Below, one piece after another: positions 36,933-40,620 of a stretch of 40,620 nt of DNA. Numbering within the stretch: the stretch's first letter is position 1; every line of letters starts with the position of its first letter. The notes beneath the pieces are model-generated. The model did not search any database. It had not been told where the DNA came from and saw nothing but the letters and a program-made list of their open reading frames with translations. Both the position numbers and the translations under genes were made by a program. Location: positions 1 to 40,620 of the forward strand of contig JBHLON010000030.1 in assembly GCA_048940445.1 (NCBI GenBank), written 5' to 3'. This stretch comes from Promethearchaeota archaeon (GTDB taxonomy: Archaea; Asgardarchaeota; Lokiarchaeia; Sigyniarchaeales; SOKP01).

Positions 36933-38594
36933 ATGGTCTTAATAGTAATTCTATTTATTGGCATCTTGTTGATCTCCTTTATCTACATAAAATCTAATCG
37001 AAAACCAACAAAAGAATTTAAGGTCAACGAATATATAAAACTAAAATTGGAAAATGGTAGGACTAATATTTATGTAAAGAATCGAGTATTTAGGCAATGC
37101 ATGTATCTCCTTTTAAATATTCCTATTAAAAAAATCCATCAATATGATCATATTGACTCGATTGATGAAGCAGCGGAAAATTTGGATCGTTCAATGGAGA
37201 GAGGTTTTAGAGCAGGAAGGCAAATAACTCCTGAGGAAGAATTCATAGGTCATTGTTCCAATATCCAAGCTTGGGCGGACAACGATTATGATACACGAAT
37301 ATTGCACAGGAATCTAGCATTTCCTCTACTAAAAAGACTAACAGATATAGGAGACCCGCTTGCAATGAAAAAATTTAAAGAAGAGATTGCATTAAGATAT
37401 GCAAGTGGTTATCCAACAGTAATGCAATATTTAACTCAACGAGGTTACTTAAATTATTTAACTAGCGAAGAGTTTGAAAGTATTATTGATGATATAGAAT
37501 CTCCTTTAATTACAGATATTACCGAAAAAATTAAATCATCTTTAAATCGTTTAGAAGATGGAAACGCATTAAGAAGAATTTATTATTCAATAGGAGGTCT
37601 ATTAAGATCATTCAAATTTAAGCATAGTTATTTATTACTTACTCGAGTCTTAAAGGAATTACCAGAAGATACTAGACAAAGATTTATTGAGGTAATATGT
37701 TCTATCTTTCTATCTAGAAAGAGTTTCCCTATGCTTGCGTTTGTGAAATTTGTTAAAGATCATTATGATAATATCAAATTGAATTATATCAGTTATGAAG
37801 ATAAGTTTATAGGGCTATTAGCTGGGAATTCTTTAAATTTAAAACAAAAAAATATAACAGAATTCAATATGGTAGAAGGTGTAAGAGACTTTGCAACCCA
37901 AATAGAAAAGATTGATTTGAGTAAAAATTTGTTATCAAAAATCCAAGGTTTTGAAGATTTTCTAAATTTAAAAATATTAAAACTCAATTTTAACAATATA
38001 TCCGATATTAATGGTTTAGACCTATGCCCTAAACTTAGAATTTTAGAGCTTAATAATAATCGAATTTCAAATTTAAATAGTTTGAAAAAGTTAAAAAGTT
38101 TAGAAAAGTTGTCCCTTAGAAACAATTTAATTGATATGATTTGTGATTTAAGTGAATTTAATCGCTTAGAGTTTTTAGATCTTTCAGGAAATATTAGAAT
38201 TGTCGAGATACCAGATTCACTTAAAGATCTCCCATCATTGAAAGTATTAAAATTATCCGGATGTCCGCTAAGAAATTATTCAGATTCCATATCAAAATTT
38301 TTTTGGATGGAAGCTAATTATAGCTACTATTCAAATTATTCTTCCAATGATGTCCTTCAATATCAGCATGTTTTTAATAAAAATGCTCTTTATGGGAATA
38401 GACTTTATAAGCATTTCGTTAAATGGTTATTAAATATCAGAAAGATTAAAGCAGAATTAAGATGTGGATATAAAGTGATTAATCAATATGAGAATGAATC
38501 AAATAAAAGTGCTATATGGAGTGGTAAGGCTACAAAAGCATTTATAAAGTGGCTAGATGATAAAAAGCAAACCAGAATTTTTGAATTCTTATGA
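36933..38594 (+). CDS. Membrane-anchored leucine-rich-repeat protein with Loki-type N-terminal domain and C-terminal PIP-like motif
   Basis: N-terminal TM; FKVNEYIKLKLE...QCMYLL...EEEFIGHCSNIQAW...RILH.NLAFPLLK domain; about 7 SDS22-like LxxLxLxxNxI repeats; ends KKQTRIFEFL. Confidence 0.88.
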   Translation: MVLIVILFIGILLISFIYIKSNRKPTKEFKVNEYIKLKLENGRTNIYVKNRVFRQCMYLLLNIPIKKIHQYDHIDSIDEAAENLDRSMERGFRAGRQITPEEEFIGHCSNIQAWADNDYDTRILHRNLAFPLLKRLTDIGDPLAMKKFKEEIALRYASGYPTVMQYLTQRGYLNYLTSEEFESIIDDIESPLITDITEKIKSSLNRLEDGNALRRIYYSIGGLLRSFKFKHSYLLLTRVLKELPEDTRQRFIEVICSIFLSRKSFPMLAFVKFVKDHYDNIKLNYISYEDKFIGLLAGNSLNLKQKNITEFNMVEGVRDFATQIEKIDLSKNLLSKIQGFEDFLNLKILKLNFNNISDINGLDLCPKLRILELNNNRISNLNSLKKLKSLEKLSLRNNLIDMICDLSEFNRLEFLDLSGNIRIVEIPDSLKDLPSLKVLKLSGCPLRNYSDSISKFFWMEANYSYYSNYSSNDVLQYQHVFNKNALYGNRLYKHFVKWLLNIRKIKAELRCGYKVINQYENESNKSAIWSGKATKAFIKWLDDKKQTRIFEFL

Positions 38595-39533
38595 ATACTC
38601 TAACATTTTTTCAATTGGTTTTAAAGCTCTTTTGGCAATGTCAGAAGGTACTTTTACTTCATAAGGATTATTCTCTAAGTTCTCTAAAATATATTTAATT
38701 AACTCGAGGTTGTGTTTTTTCATGTTATAACATATCAATTTTTCCTTAGCTAAGTAAAGTTTATTATCAGGAAAATCTTGTTTTAAGCGCTCTACTAACC
38801 CAACTTCAGTACCTATGATGAATTCATTTATCTTTAAAGAATTTTCTTTAACATAGTTATACATTCGCGTAGTAGAGCCTACAAAATCTGCTTGATGTCT
38901 CACCTCTCTTATACATTCTGGGTGAACAAGAACCCTTGCGTGAGGATGCGTACTCTTTATTTCTCTAATATCATTTGGTGTAATTTGCGAGTGAACATAA
39001 CAATGTCCTTTTTCGGGCATTTTAATTGTTTTAATATTAGATAATTCTTCTGCATAATCTGCTAAATTAGCATCGGGTCCGAATAGTACAGCATTAGTAT
39101 TATAATCTCTGCTAATACGCTCAACAATTTTAACAGCATTAGATGATGTACAACAAATGTCAGATTCTGCTTTCACTGTAGCAGTTGAATTTACATATAC
39201 CACAATAGGTAAATCCGGAAAATTTTTTTTATATTCTAATACTTGTTCAGAAGTTAAAAAGGCAGCCATAGGACAACAAGATTCAGGATTTGGGATTAAA
39301 ACATGTTTATCTTGATTCAAAATTGATGCTGTTTCTGCCATGAAATCAACTCCAGCGAATATGATATATTTTGTTTCTACTTTTTCCTTAGCTATTCGGG
39401 ATAAACCAAGTGAGTCACCTAAATAATCAGCTATTTGCTGTATTTCAATAGGTTGATAATAGTGTCCCAGAATTGTTACGTCTCTGTTTTTTTTTAATTT
39501 TAAAACTTCCTCTTGTAATTGACTTAATTTCAA
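38589..39533 (-). CDS. nadA: Quinolinate synthase
   Basis: GHYYQ, GDSL, FMAE, CPMA, YVNS, CTSSNA, PD.NL, CYVH, HPEC, GST, TE.G, C.NMK. Confidence 0.96.
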   Translation of the reverse strand: MKLSQLQEEVLKLKKNRDVTILGHYYQPIEIQQIADYLGDSLGLSRIAKEKVETKYIIFAGVDFMAETASILNQDKHVLIPNPESCCPMAAFLTSEQVLEYKKNFPDLPIVVYVNSTATVKAESDICCTSSNAVKIVERISRDYNTNAVLFGPDANLADYAEELSNIKTIKMPEKGHCYVHSQITPNDIREIKSTHPHARVLVHPECIREVRHQADFVGSTTRMYNYVKENSLKINEFIIGTEVGLVERLKQDFPDNKLYLAKEKLICYNMKKHNLELIKYILENLENNPYEVKVPSDIAKRALKPIEKMLEYS

Positions 39534-39535
39534 AT

Positions 39536-40620
39536 TTATCTCACCTCTGAATTAAGATTATACTTTTTACTAATTTCAAGAAAGGAGCTTACAAAATGCT
39601 TTACTTGTTTCCATGTTAGTCCATATGTATTGAACTTCATTTCTGTAGAAATTCCGGGAGCTAATCCGATAATACCTCTCTCTTTAAACTCGTCTCTAAC
39701 AAAAAAGCCTTTTCTAGAATGCTTCTTTGCAATTTCAGCGAAACCATTCGTTTTAAGATTTGTTAAAGGATGAATTTTAGGTAATTTACCCATAACATCA
39801 ATTCCGTTAACATTTTTAATGTTTTCAACTACAAAATTAGCTTTCTTCGATTCTTCACTTACAAATTCTTTTTGAGTTCTTTGTACTATTGAAGGGAAGC
39901 TTGCCATTAATGTAATTAGAGGTGCTCCATAAACGGGAGGACATCCCATAAAACTACATATTTTATTTTGGAATGATTTAGATGTTAAATCCCCTTGGAT
40001 GTGGGAATTAACCATAATGTCATCATAATAGTCACTACTAAATCCAAGAAGCCCTATTGGACCTGAAGCAGCCATAGATTTATGTCCACTACATGCAATA
40101 AGATCTACATTATTGGCTTTACAGTCTATTGGTAAAATCCCCGCAGAATAAGCTGCATTTAAAACAAAAGGAATATCATAATTCCGACAAATGTTTCCCA
40201 CTGGTTTTGGGTCGTTAAAATTTCCATACTTATAATCTACATGTGTCAATAGAACTAATAAAGGTAATTGACCCGTTTCCTTTTTAACAGTTTCAATCAC
40301 TTTTTCATAATCCTCACTTTTAATATTAAATTCAGGTTTTCCAGAATTTGCCACCTCTCTAACTTTTAACTCATTTGACTCGATCGCTAAATATGTTGAA
40401 TAGTGTGCTAAACTATCTATAACTACAGTTTTTCTTTTCGGATACTTTTTTGATAACGATTTCATTATAAGACGTTTTGATTCTCTAGCAGCTGCAGTTG
40501 GCATCACATTATCAATGTTTAAAAATTTAGACATATCCTGTAGAAAGTCAACAACAGGAGGATTTTCAATTTCATCAATTCTCCCTTTAAGACAATTATC
40601 GCATATTGAATATCCGTCTC
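39536..40620 (-). CDS. pscS: O-phospho-L-seryl-tRNA:Cys-tRNA synthase (SepCysS), 5' end outside the window
   Basis: Frame open to the window edge: DGYSICDNCLKGRIDEIENPPV; ARE, AHYS, THVD..YGN, LNAAY, SGHKSMAASGPIG (PLP Lys), MGC, H..KGFF...E.K.RGI.G..PG. Confidence 0.93.
   Translation of the reverse strand, partial: DGYSICDNCLKGRIDEIENPPVVDFLQDMSKFLNIDNVMPTAAARESKRLIMKSLSKKYPKRKTVVIDSLAHYSTYLAIESNELKVREVANSGKPEFNIKSEDYEKVIETVKKETGQLPLLVLLTHVDYKYGNFNDPKPVGNICRNYDIPFVLNAAYSAGILPIDCKANNVDLIACSGHKSMAASGPIGLLGFSSDYYDDIMVNSHIQGDLTSKSFQNKICSFMGCPPVYGAPLITLMASFPSIVQRTQKEFVSEESKKANFVVENIKNVNGIDVMGKLPKIHPLTNLKTNGFAEIAKKHSRKGFFVRDEFKERGIIGLAPGISTEMKFNTYGLTWKQVKHFVSSFLEISKKYNLNSEVR

Noticed and set aside
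29054-38125. ORFs 29054..29248, 32522..32761, 33678..33872, 35679..35915 and 37793..38125
   Set aside because: All lie within or largely overlap well-supported genes, antisense or out of frame.
1-40620. CRISPR arrays, tRNA/rRNA genes, IS elements, proviral genes
   Set aside because: No regularly spaced repeats, GC-rich structured RNA segments, transposases or integrases were seen by eye; tRNAscan-SE and Infernal would be needed to exclude small RNAs.

Overview
AT-rich, gene-dense archaeal chromosomal segment, most likely from a Lokiarchaeia (Asgard) genome. That call is inferred from an actin-related protein, a longin-like protein, a eukaryote-type ubiquitin-like protein, an LRR protein with a Loki-type N-terminal domain, SepCysS, PINA and an ASH-type helicase. 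About 36 CDSs are supported, including two missing from the ORF track (a truncated HEAT-like gene at 1..932 and a 53-aa microprotein) and two whose starts probably lie upstream at non-canonical ATT codons. I saw no tRNA, rRNA, CRISPR array or mobile element. Highlights: (i) an actin-related protein lacking the Q137/H161 catalytic equivalents and carrying a four-CxxC double zinc-ribbon insert, followed by a cell-surface prenyltransferase-fold protein; (ii) a locus with a GG-X ubiquitin-like precursor, a trimeric coiled-coil/polyproline microprotein, a wHTH protein and a membrane-anchored LRR protein ending in a PCNA-binding-like (PIP) motif; (iii) a SIRT6-like sirtuin; (iv) a threonine synthase-wHTH fusion; (v) an EndA subunit lacking the catalytic His; (vi) a longin gene next to a DRG GTPase with degenerate G-motifs. 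All family calls come from motif recognition by eye and recalled reference sequences; no searches were run.
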